DNA of 64,000 nucleotides from Spirochaetia bacterium (GTDB lineage: Bacteria > Spirochaetota > Spirochaetia > SZUA-6 > Bin103), in the NCBI GenBank assembly GCA_965203905.1, contig CBDBDQ010000005.1:5184001-5248000 (forward strand), written 5' to 3'. Shown here in pieces: positions 55,765 to 64,000 of the stretch. The translations under genes were made by a program, and so were the position numbers. Under the pieces are notes generated by a model. That model saw only the letters and a list, made by a program, of their open reading frames with translations. It had not been told where the DNA came from and made no database searches. How positions within the stretch are numbered: position 1 is the stretch's first letter; each line of letters opens with the position of its first letter.

Positions 55765-57711
55765 TTACTGCTTGAAGAAAAACTGGGAGGGAATCTCGTG
55801 GATGAGCTCTGCAATATGCGGCTCAGGGATGTTCATGATCGCATTGTTGAAGGCGTTGAATTGCGTTGCCCGGGACCGTTGCAGAGCGGAAAATACCCAG
55901 AAATTGTCCTCCATGATCTTCGCCATCTCCAGCGTAAGCGCTATCCGCCGGGCTTCTTCGGGCTCGCCCAGCGCTTGCTCGCGCAAAGCCATGATGCGCT
56001 TCAGGTCCGCGGGCGGCTCATCACCCTCCGCGCCCTGCGTGCGGAACCACTGACTCCACGCAGGATTGGGCACGTACCAGCTACTGATCGGTACGAAGTC
56101 TGCGTAGAACAGCGGGTTCACCGGGCGTCCGCCACGGGTCATCGCGACCATGTCGAGATCGAAGTCGCCGGTTTTCCAGGTGGGCACCAACTGTCTGCCG
56201 GTAATCGGCTTGGTCGCCAACTGGATCCCGGCATCCTTCCAATGCTCCTTGATCATCTCCGCTATCTCGACCTCTTTCGGATACCAGTTGGGAATGATGA
56301 TGGAGAGCCGCAGGCGCTCGCCATCGGGGCGCAGGCGATAGCCTTCACCGTCCCGTTCCTTGAGTCCGAGCCCGTCCAGGATCCTGGCCGCTTCTCCGGG
56401 ATTGAACTCGAGGTGCTGCTTGAACAGGTTCTCGCCATGGAACGGGGGGCCCTCCATCAGGCTGGCATTCGATACTTCGGCCAGCCCCTGATACAGGATC
56501 GCGTTGATCTCGTCCCGGTTGATGGCTATCGACAGCGCGATGCGGAATTGCTTGTCGTTGAAGAGCTCCCTCAGGATGGGGTCCTTGTGAGACATGTTGA
56601 AGCCGACGTTGGCGCGGCTCTCCGGTGGCCAGATGTAGCGCACCAGGCGATAGTTGCCCTGGTCCTGGTAGTCGACCGCGAGCGAAAACGAATCCACCCC
56701 GTACGCGTTCAAGGTGAGATAATCCGCCTCGCCGGCGAACAGCTTGAGCAGTGCGGCCTCCGGGTCGGTCACCGTGGTGCGCTCCAGGCGGTCGATGTAG
56801 GGGAGCTGCTGGCCCTCAGTGTCGACCTTGTAGTAGTACGGGTTTCGCTCCAGGATGTGGATCGGATCGGTGATCGAATTTTGCGCCAACCAGGCAGTGA
56901 TCGTAGGCCGTTCCGGCATCGCCCAGAACTCCTGCCCGCCACCCTTCTTGGCCTGGAACAGCGCCGGCCAGTTGTCCAGCCCTTCTTCCTTTATTTTTTC
57001 GTCCAGTTCATCCTTGGCAGTGTAACTGGCATGGAAGTCTTTCAGGTAGTGCTTCGGTGCGTATGGATTCGGTCTCCACCTGGCGAGAGTTTCGATGAAT
57101 ATCCCGTACGGCTCGGTAAACGAAATCTCCACGGTATGATCGTCGATCTTTTGCATTGCCCCAGCCTGGTCGGCGCGCATCATTCTTGACGGCGGAGACG
57201 GTGACAGGTCCGTATTGAGGGCGATATCGTCCCAGTAGAACAGCACGTCGTCGGCGGTGAACGGAACCCCGTCACTCCAGCGCACGCCCTTGCGCAGGTG
57301 CAGGGTGAAGCTGGTACCGTCGTCGCTCGCATCCCAGCCCTTGATCAGGTTGGGGAACAGCTCTCTCATGTCGGGGGTGTAGGCGACCATGTATTCCCAG
57401 CCGTAGCGATCGGCATAATCGGATGCGGCGGATACCAGGGCCTGGCGCCAGGTGCCGCCATACTGGCCGACTTCGTGGGCTGGTTGAATCACCAACACAT
57501 CTTCGGGAAGCCTTTCGGCAAGGGGAGGGATTTCTCCCGCGGCTACCATCGCCGCCAGCATCGGTGCTTCGCTGAAGCTGAGCGTCTTCCCGCTCATACG
57601 CTCATATTCGTCGAGGTTATGGGGAACTGCCTTTTGTTGAGCGAGCACGCCGGTTACTGCCAACAAGCTCAACAATCCGGTGAACAGTGCAACAGTCGGT
57701 TTCCGTGACAT
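55765..57711 (-). CDS. ABC family-5 solute-binding protein
   Basis: Start MSRKPTV after AGGAGGAG; EAPMLAAMVAAGEIPPLAERLP, WSDGVPFTADDV. Confidence 0.92.
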   Translation of the reverse strand: MSRKPTVALFTGLLSLLAVTGVLAQQKAVPHNLDEYERMSGKTLSFSEAPMLAAMVAAGEIPPLAERLPEDVLVIQPAHEVGQYGGTWRQALVSAASDYADRYGWEYMVAYTPDMRELFPNLIKGWDASDDGTSFTLHLRKGVRWSDGVPFTADDVLFYWDDIALNTDLSPSPPSRMMRADQAGAMQKIDDHTVEISFTEPYGIFIETLARWRPNPYAPKHYLKDFHASYTAKDELDEKIKEEGLDNWPALFQAKKGGGQEFWAMPERPTITAWLAQNSITDPIHILERNPYYYKVDTEGQQLPYIDRLERTTVTDPEAALLKLFAGEADYLTLNAYGVDSFSLAVDYQDQGNYRLVRYIWPPESRANVGFNMSHKDPILRELFNDKQFRIALSIAINRDEINAILYQGLAEVSNASLMEGPPFHGENLFKQHLEFNPGEAARILDGLGLKERDGEGYRLRPDGERLRLSIIIPNWYPKEVEIAEMIKEHWKDAGIQLATKPITGRQLVPTWKTGDFDLDMVAMTRGGRPVNPLFYADFVPISSWYVPNPAWSQWFRTQGAEGDEPPADLKRIMALREQALGEPEEARRIALTLEMAKIMEDNFWVFSALQRSRATQFNAFNNAIMNIPEPHIAELIHEIPSQFFFKQ

Positions 57712-58014
57712 CTTCTCCTCCTGTGAGATTCGGTCGTATCGTCGCGAAATCGAGTCGGATAGGTTTCTCGAAATTACTTCCAAGTCAGCGCTGTAGGACT
57801 ACGACTACGGCCCTTTGGCGTTGAATCAGTCTGCTTATGATTAGGTTTTTCGGGCGTATGTCAAGGGGTGTGGGCGCCGGGCACGCCGGCCCGTAGCCGG
57901 ACGCCGTGCGGGGATGGCATAGTTGAATGGCGGCGCGCGACTCGGCACCGAGGTATGGTCACGGTGTGCTGCTCCGTGGCATGCGAGTTGGCGCGATCGT
58001 GTGGAGGATAGCCG

Positions 58015-58815
58015 ATGGCGAACAGCGGCCAGCGTCTGCACTGGTCAATCGATTACGATACCGGCGGACAGGGGCCCCACTTCGGGAACGCGCTGCGCGC
58101 TGCTCTGGGATGCTGGGCTCCCGGTACCGCGGGTGAGGCGGCCGTGCGCCGCTACGACCTGCTGCCGAACTATGCCGCCGGCTGGGGGCGCGCACGGCTG
58201 GAAGGGGGCGGGGAACTGCGCATCGGCAGTGCGGAGATCGTCCGTAGCGCCGACCCCGGCGGCGGCGCACATTACCGCGTCACCCACGACAACGCCACCA
58301 GTGGCGAACAGGTGGTGCTCGACTTCCGCACCACCGGTGATCCGCTGCCGCGGCTCACCGGCGCCTGGTCGGTGACGGCAGTCAACGGGGCCGGCGACGG
58401 GCACCGTGGGATCGAGGTCGCGGGGGCGACCGGCATGGATGCCGGCCGGCGGGTGGTGTCGCTGATGGTCAACGGTGTCGAGCTGCGCGCCGGAGAGCTC
58501 GACCCGACGCTGCCACTGACCTGCTGGTGGGCGCTGTTCGACGGGCTCCCGGCCTTTGCGGACGGCGGATCCGAGCCGGAGGCGTTCGCCCTGCTGGAGG
58601 ACCTGGAGAAGGTGCGTGTTCCGTGCACCGTCCGTGCGCTTGCGGACGGGCCGCTGGAGCTGGCCGGCCATCACCTGCGTGGATACTGCCAGCATGGCAC
58701 CGGGATGCTGCCCAGCTACTGGTGGCTGGACCACCGCGGCACGGTGTGCGTGGTGGCGAGCATGTTCCACACCCTGGTGCTGCGCGGCTTCGGCAGCGAG
58801 GCGGACGCCGCATGA
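58015..58815 (+). CDS. Hypothetical protein coupled to the sulfatase
   Basis: GGAGG RBS, coding-like ORF, ATGA overlap with 58812. Confidence 0.7.
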   Translation: MANSGQRLHWSIDYDTGGQGPHFGNALRAALGCWAPGTAGEAAVRRYDLLPNYAAGWGRARLEGGGELRIGSAEIVRSADPGGGAHYRVTHDNATSGEQVVLDFRTTGDPLPRLTGAWSVTAVNGAGDGHRGIEVAGATGMDAGRRVVSLMVNGVELRAGELDPTLPLTCWWALFDGLPAFADGGSEPEAFALLEDLEKVRVPCTVRALADGPLELAGHHLRGYCQHGTGMLPSYWWLDHRGTVCVVASMFHTLVLRGFGSEADAA

Positions 58816-60260
58816 GCACCCGGCCGAACATCCTGTTCATCAACACGGACCAGCAGACCTGGGACGCGCTCTCCGCCTACGGCAACCGCTGGCTGAGCAC
58901 TCCGCACATGGACCGACTGGTGGCGTCCGGCACCTCCTTCATGCGCTCCTACTGCACCGACCCGGTGTGCGCCCCGGCACGCACCAGTTGGGCCACCGGG
59001 CGCTACACGTCCGAGGCCGGCGTGCCGTTCAACGGCGGTCATCTGCACGACGACATCCCCGACCTGGGGCAGCTCCTGCGCGCCGGCGGCTACGGCGCCT
59101 TCCACGCCGGCAAGTGGCACGTCGAAGGCCGCGACGTCACCCGCAGCTTCGACAACCTGTACTACGGGGCGCGCCGCATCGGCGCCAGCACCGGCGAGTT
59201 CTACGACCCCGCCATCACCCACGCCGCCATGCAGTTTCTGACCACCTACGACGGGGCGCGCCCCTTCTACCTGCAGCTCGCCTTCGTCAATCCGCACGAC
59301 ATCTGCCAGCACGGGCACAACTACGAGGAGAAGGTGATTCCCGACCCGGTTGCGCAGGGCATCCTGCGCGAAGAGGAGCTGCCGCCGCTGCCGGCCAACT
59401 TCGACTACGACCCGCGCGAGCCGCTGCAGCACCGCGTGATCCGGCGCGACGACGATTGCCTGATCCACTGGAAGATCCTGCGCCAGGCGCGCCGCTTCTC
59501 CGCCCTCGACTGGCGCTACTTCGCCTGGAGCCTGTACCGCTTCGTGGAGAAGGTGGACGCCGAGATCGGCCTGGTGCTCGACGCCCTGGCCGCCAGCCCC
59601 TTCCGTGACGACACCATCGTGATCTTCACCGCCGACCACGGCGAGGCGGCCGGACAGCACCAGATGTTCCAGAAGTTCACCCTCTACGAGGAGAGCGTGC
59701 GCACCCCGCTGGTGGTGGCCAGCCTCGGCGACCGGTTGCCGGTGGAAAAGGGCAGGCGGCTGCAGCACCTGGTGTCCGGCGTCGACCTGCCGGCCACCAT
59801 GTGCGACTACGCCGGCATCCCCGCTCCCCCGCGCTGCCTCGGGCGCAGCCTGCGGCCGCTGGTCGAGGGCCGCGATGCACCTTGGCGCGACGCCGTCTAC
59901 CTCGAGTCGAACTACTGGGGTAGGGCGCTGGTCACCGCCGGCCACAAGTACGTCACCGAGTACCGGCCCAAGCCGGTGGAGGATTACGTGCCTCCCGGCC
60001 CGGACAGCGCGCAGCGCGGACTGGAGCAGCTCTTCGACCTCCGGACCGACCCCGGCGAGACCCGCAACCTGGCCGCCGATCCGGACCAGGAGGCGACCCT
60101 GGCCGCGCTGCGCGCCGCGCTTGCCGCCGAGGAACGCCGCCTGGAGCGCCGCCCGCTCGCCCCCGGCCGGCCGCGGACCGTGGTCGATACGTGGGGCGCA
60201 CGCCTCCGCGAACGCTGGAAGGAGGATGCTGAAACTTCGTCTTCAGTGCCTGGAGCCTGA
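58812..60260 (+). CDS. Cys-type sulfatase
   Basis: RPNILFINTDQ, CAPARTSWATGRY, GKWH, TADHGE, LFDLRTDPGETRNLA. Confidence 0.92.
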   Translation: MSTRPNILFINTDQQTWDALSAYGNRWLSTPHMDRLVASGTSFMRSYCTDPVCAPARTSWATGRYTSEAGVPFNGGHLHDDIPDLGQLLRAGGYGAFHAGKWHVEGRDVTRSFDNLYYGARRIGASTGEFYDPAITHAAMQFLTTYDGARPFYLQLAFVNPHDICQHGHNYEEKVIPDPVAQGILREEELPPLPANFDYDPREPLQHRVIRRDDDCLIHWKILRQARRFSALDWRYFAWSLYRFVEKVDAEIGLVLDALAASPFRDDTIVIFTADHGEAAGQHQMFQKFTLYEESVRTPLVVASLGDRLPVEKGRRLQHLVSGVDLPATMCDYAGIPAPPRCLGRSLRPLVEGRDAPWRDAVYLESNYWGRALVTAGHKYVTEYRPKPVEDYVPPGPDSAQRGLEQLFDLRTDPGETRNLAADPDQEATLAALRAALAAEERRLERRPLAPGRPRTVVDTWGARLRERWKEDAETSSSVPGA

Positions 60261-60265
60261 CCGGG

Positions 60266-61621
60266 TTACGGCGGCGGGAGATGGCGCTCCCCGGTGACGC
60301 TGATTCGGAAGCGGTCGTCGGGGGCCGGCAGCGGGTTCATGACGATGTGCAGGGTCTGATCCGGCGGCTGCATCGCCACGCGAAAGTGGCGAAACAGGAC
60401 GGCGGTGATGACCAGATACAGCAGATCGGCGGTTGACGCACCCAGGCAGGTGTGCGGCCCGAGGCCGTACGGGCAATACGCGTTCGGCTGCAGGTGCTCC
60501 TTGCGCTCGGGAGCGTAGCGGGTCACGTCGAAGCGTTCCGGATCGGGAAAGAACTCGGGCAGATGATGGGTCACGGTATTGGCGATGATGCAGTACTCGT
60601 CCTGCGGAATCCGGTAGCCCTGGAACTCGAAGGCGGCGGTGCTGGTGCGGGGCAGGGCGGGCGCCGGCGGATACATGCGCAATGTCTCCATGGCCGCCCA
60701 CCGCGTCCGGACCATGCGCCGCATCGAGTCGCGGTCCGGGAAGCCGGACTCGAATGCCAGGTCCGCCTCCGCGACCACCGCCCGCTGCAGGTCGGAATCG
60801 TCCAGGATGTGGAACAGGAGCAGGGTGGAGGCGCTGGCCGCGGTATCCATGCCGGCGACGAACGGGCCGATGAGCGCGGCCACGGCGTCCCGTTCGCTCA
60901 TCAGGCGGGGGTGCTCGGCGTGGAACCTGCGAACCATGGCCACGAAGTCGCCCTCGCGCGGGGCCTGTTCGCTCACGTGATGCTGGTCCCAGATGCGGCG
61001 CGCCATCCCCAGCACCGAGCGCCGTGACGAGACGTAGCGCGGCAGGTGCTGCAGGAACCCGGGCCACACCCTGCGGATGTGGATCTGCACCAGCGCGCGA
61101 AAGAAGTAGATCAAGTCATCCATGACCTCATCCGGTTCCTGGTTGGTGGCCATGAATCCCAGCAGCGACGAAACCAGGCGCTTCACGTACGGGAAGGCGG
61201 GGATGGGTGCGCCCTGCGGCCAGGCCCGCACCAATTCGAGCTGGCTGGTGACCAGCTTCTCCATCTGCGGATACAGCGTGCGGCTGGAGTAGCCGTCCTT
61301 GAGCCCGGCGCGCATGATGCGGTGATCGGGCCCGTCCCGCTGGATGAGCGTCGGACTGTCCCCTCCGAGCACCTGGTGGAGGTCCCCCAGCGAGTCTGCG
61401 GACGAAAACAGCTCGTGGCCGCGTTGCTTCATCAGCGCGTTCGCTTCGGGGCCGGCCAGCACCAGCGGGCGCTGTCCCAGAATCGGTACCCGGAATACCG
61501 GGCCGAGCCGCAGATACTGCTTGGTAAAGAACTCGCTCAGGGCCGTAAGCATCGGCACCAGGTTGCCCACGAGCGGCAGGCCCGGAGCCAGCGGTATGCT
61601 CACGGTGGATGCGGGTGCCAT
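60266..61621 (-). CDS. Cytochrome P450
   Basis: AGMDT I-helix, ETLR (ExxR), FPDPERFD, YGLGPHTCLG heme motif. Confidence 0.94.
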   Translation of the reverse strand: MAPASTVSIPLAPGLPLVGNLVPMLTALSEFFTKQYLRLGPVFRVPILGQRPLVLAGPEANALMKQRGHELFSSADSLGDLHQVLGGDSPTLIQRDGPDHRIMRAGLKDGYSSRTLYPQMEKLVTSQLELVRAWPQGAPIPAFPYVKRLVSSLLGFMATNQEPDEVMDDLIYFFRALVQIHIRRVWPGFLQHLPRYVSSRRSVLGMARRIWDQHHVSEQAPREGDFVAMVRRFHAEHPRLMSERDAVAALIGPFVAGMDTAASASTLLLFHILDDSDLQRAVVAEADLAFESGFPDRDSMRRMVRTRWAAMETLRMYPPAPALPRTSTAAFEFQGYRIPQDEYCIIANTVTHHLPEFFPDPERFDVTRYAPERKEHLQPNAYCPYGLGPHTCLGASTADLLYLVITAVLFRHFRVAMQPPDQTLHIVMNPLPAPDDRFRISVTGERHLPPP

Positions 61622-61972
61622 CTATGCGGAAGGTACCGGACGCGGCGAAGCGGCGGCAACGCGGCGGTGCGGTGATCGTCGTATGATGGGTGCCGCCATG
61701 GGACGCACGCACCTTGCACCTGGAGCGCCGGCTGCCGCCCTTCGCCAACCTCCTTCGCGAGCACCACGTGCCGGCCGTCGTACCTGGCAGCGAGCCGCTT
61801 TCGATTGGGAGCACGGAGGCGAGTGATCTAGTCCGCGCTCCGGTGCGGCCGCCACAGGTGACTGATATCCTCGATCGCGTATTGTGCCGGTTTCCACGAA
61901 TTGACACCGAAACCGAGTAACATCATCCCAGCATCCGTGGTTCTTGCTTATAGCGGATCGAGCCGAGGACCA

Positions 61973-62623
61973 ATGAACGAACGACAATCCGTGGCACGCG
62001 GCCACGTGCCGGTGATCAACCTCTCGGAACAGGACCGACTACGCATCCGCTTGGGTGCCGTGAGCGTGGACTCGATCCCTCGCGGCGGAGGCCGAGCGCT
62101 GTTCGAGCTCTTCTCATCCAGGAATGAACTGGCAACGGCCCTCACCATCACCGTGGAAGCGCCGGAGTTCCGCGCCGCCGCCGCGGGCGCGATCCCCGAG
62201 CCCGACTACGAGCAGATCACGGTCGAGGCGGCCGCCCGGCTGTGCGAAGACCTGAAAGCGATGATCGAAAGCCTCGATGGCATGGCGGACGAGGTACGTC
62301 GGCGTGGCCGCCCGCTGCCCGGAGGTGGGCTTGGCGTTGTGTTGGAACCGGAGCATCCTGGCGATCCCGGCCCTCCCTACTGGTTGGTCAGACAGGACCC
62401 CTCAGATCCTACCAGCGGGGGGAGTCTGTTCGAGCAGACGAAAGCGCCTATCGACACGGTATGCGGGACCTGCAAGACGCCGATCGTCAAGGGCGCGCCG
62501 TGCTACGCGATCTACGTGTCGCCCGAGAACAGGGAACTGCTCGGGTACCGGTGCACGAAGTCGATCTGCATAGACGGCGAACTGATTGACGCGCTTCCGC
62601 CCGGTGCCAAGCGGGTGGAGTAG
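61973..62623 (+). CDS. Hypothetical protein with a C-terminal Cys cluster (possible Zn ribbon)
   Basis: ORF (track 61901); GAGG before ATG 61973; CGTC...C...CTKSIC. Confidence 0.5.
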   Translation: MNERQSVARGHVPVINLSEQDRLRIRLGAVSVDSIPRGGGRALFELFSSRNELATALTITVEAPEFRAAAAGAIPEPDYEQITVEAAARLCEDLKAMIESLDGMADEVRRRGRPLPGGGLGVVLEPEHPGDPGPPYWLVRQDPSDPTSGGSLFEQTKAPIDTVCGTCKTPIVKGAPCYAIYVSPENRELLGYRCTKSICIDGELIDALPPGAKRVE

Positions 62624-62654
62624 ACCGCCGGTCTTACTTCGCCGCCTGCGACGG

Positions 62655-63599
62655 TCATTGGGCGGGGAATGCCTCCCGATAGTCGGCCCACTCGGTCTCG
62701 CTGAGCGGCGTGCTGGCGGCGCGGATGTTGTCTTCGAGCTGGGCGGCGTTGAGGCTGCCGATCGGGTTGCCGTGGATGCGCTCCTCGCGCAGACAGTACT
62801 GCAGCGCGAGGTGCAGCAGGTCGATGCCGCGCTCCCGGCACCACTCCCAGCGCGCGCGGGCCGCGGCGATGTCCTCTTGGTTGCGGTAGTTGCCCAGCTT
62901 GGCGGCCTCCTCCGGGTCGACGCCGGTCAGCAGGCCGCGCAGGATCGACCAGCCGTTCATGACGCCCACGTCGGCGGCGGCCGCGGCCGGCAGCACTCCG
63001 TCGGCGGCGCTCTGCCGCAGCAGGTGGTAGTCGCTGAAGCACAGCAGGAAGTCGACGTCGCCGGTGGCGATCGCCTGGCGGTGGAAGTCGTGCGGGCGCA
63101 TGCCGAAGCCGACGTTGCGCACCAGGCCGCGCGCCTTGAGCCGGAGCAGCCCGGCCAGGGTGCCGTCCCGGGCCAGGGTCGGCTCCATCCGCCGCGGATC
63201 GTGGATCAGCACTCCGTCGAAGTAGTCGCTGCCGAGCAGGGCGAGCTGGTCCTCCACGTCGCGCACTACCCGTTCCGCGGAATAGTCCGGCTCGCCGTCG
63301 CCGTAGGCGCCCCAGTCCGCCCCGGAGTGGCAGCACAGCCGCCCGGTGATGATCACCTCGTCGCGGGGGATCTCCTGCAGCGCCAGGCCCAGCTTGCGCA
63401 GCGAGTCGCCGTAGCAGCGGGCGCAGTCGAAGTGGTTGACCCTTAGTGCCACGGCGTGCTTGACCAGCGCCACCGCGTCCGCGTCGGCCACGAAGCCGAA
63501 GTGGTTGCCGAAGCCCTGGGTGCCGAACGGAATGACGGGAATCGAGAGCCCGGTCTTGCCCAGCACGCGCCGGGGGAGAGGGAAGGGTGCCTGACTCAC
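62655..63599 (-). CDS. Aldo/keto reductase
   Basis: RRVLGKTGLSI, FDCARCYG, YFDGVLIHDP, GLVRNVGFG, QLEDNI. Confidence 0.88.
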   Translation of the reverse strand: MSQAPFPLPRRVLGKTGLSIPVIPFGTQGFGNHFGFVADADAVALVKHAVALRVNHFDCARCYGDSLRKLGLALQEIPRDEVIITGRLCCHSGADWGAYGDGEPDYSAERVVRDVEDQLALLGSDYFDGVLIHDPRRMEPTLARDGTLAGLLRLKARGLVRNVGFGMRPHDFHRQAIATGDVDFLLCFSDYHLLRQSAADGVLPAAAAADVGVMNGWSILRGLLTGVDPEEAAKLGNYRNQEDIAAARARWEWCRERGIDLLHLALQYCLREERIHGNPIGSLNAAQLEDNIRAASTPLSETEWADYREAFPAQ

Positions 63600-64000
63600 G
63601 TGGATGCTCCTTGTTCGATGCCTTCCCTGCACCAGGCCAGGCAGTTGCGCAGCAGGCTCCGATAGGAGGGATGCTGCCACACTTCCGGGTTGTGGCCCGG
63701 GGTGAGCATGCACACACGCCCGGCGCCGTGAGCGCGGGTCCAGCCCGCCGGCTGGGTGCCGTGCTCCGAGGTGGTGTGCAGGAACAGGTCCACCTCGGGG
63801 TCGTTCATCGCCATCTGGTAGTGCTCGTCCTTGAGGGTGAATTTGCCGCTGCCGCGGGTGAGCCGGTGGTCCGCACGCGGCTCGACGCTCACCGCACACT
63901 GCGGCGGGTGGCCGGTGAAGATGCCGCCCATGAGCCGGCACAGCGACGGCGAGTCGTCGTACAGCGCGCTGCCGGAGTGCAGCACCAGCAGGCTGTTGCC
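63596..64000 (-). CDS. ThuA-like domain protein (5' part outside the window)
   Basis: LHSG, FTGHP, DEHY, GAGRVCMLTPGH. Confidence 0.8.
   Translation of the reverse strand, partial: GNSLLVLHSGSALYDDSPSLCRLMGGIFTGHPPQCAVSVEPRADHRLTRGSGKFTLKDEHYQMAMNDPEVDLFLHTTSEHGTQPAGWTRAHGAGRVCMLTPGHNPEVWQHPSYRSLLRNCLAWCREGIEQGAST

Noticed and set aside
15498-57711. Integron with attC sites organising the ABC cassettes
   Set aside because: No integrase, the intergenic hairpins share no attC core, and cassettes lie on both strands with their own promoters.
57977-57995. sigma54 promoter-like TGGCATGCGAGTTGG
   Set aside because: The -12 element is GG rather than GC, and no activator is nearby.
1-64000. CRISPR array, cas genes, tRNA or rRNA
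   Set aside because: I saw no regularly spaced repeat-spacer pattern or RNA gene signature by eye.

Overview
High-GC bacterial DNA forming a dense nutrient-scavenging region. The binding-protein signal peptides (FAxGExE type, no lipobox) suggest a Spirochaetaceae-like organism; this is inference only. The window holds seven family-5 (Opp/Dpp-like) solute-binding proteins, six DppB/DppC permease pairs and one CUT1 sugar ABC cassette. I recognised no ABC ATPase and no transport-specific transcription factor. Catabolic genes are interleaved: two sulfatases, two PhyH dioxygenases, an RraA-like aldolase, SDR, AKR, amidohydrolase, P450, an M14-like protein and a CRTAC1/ASPIC-UnbV protein. A corrinoid protein and a UROD/MtaA-family methyltransferase sit with a GH32 that has lost two catalytic residues, a PfkB kinase and a His-tailed DMT transporter. 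Toxin-antitoxin or nuclease modules occupy cassette junctions: DUF2442/DUF4160, NYN, an AbiEii-like NTase, DUF433 and PIN/UPF0175. The most notable items are (1) a low-GC NYN RNase gene whose promoter drives a compact structured RNA leader (candidate RNA antitoxin or attenuator); (2) an ISKra4-like composite element with TIRs and a near 9-bp target duplication enclosing an HNH gene; (3) a recent binding-protein duplication with clustered substitutions; (4) the corrinoid/pseudo-GH32 locus. I saw no rRNA, tRNA or CRISPR array. All calls are by eye from motifs, without database searches.
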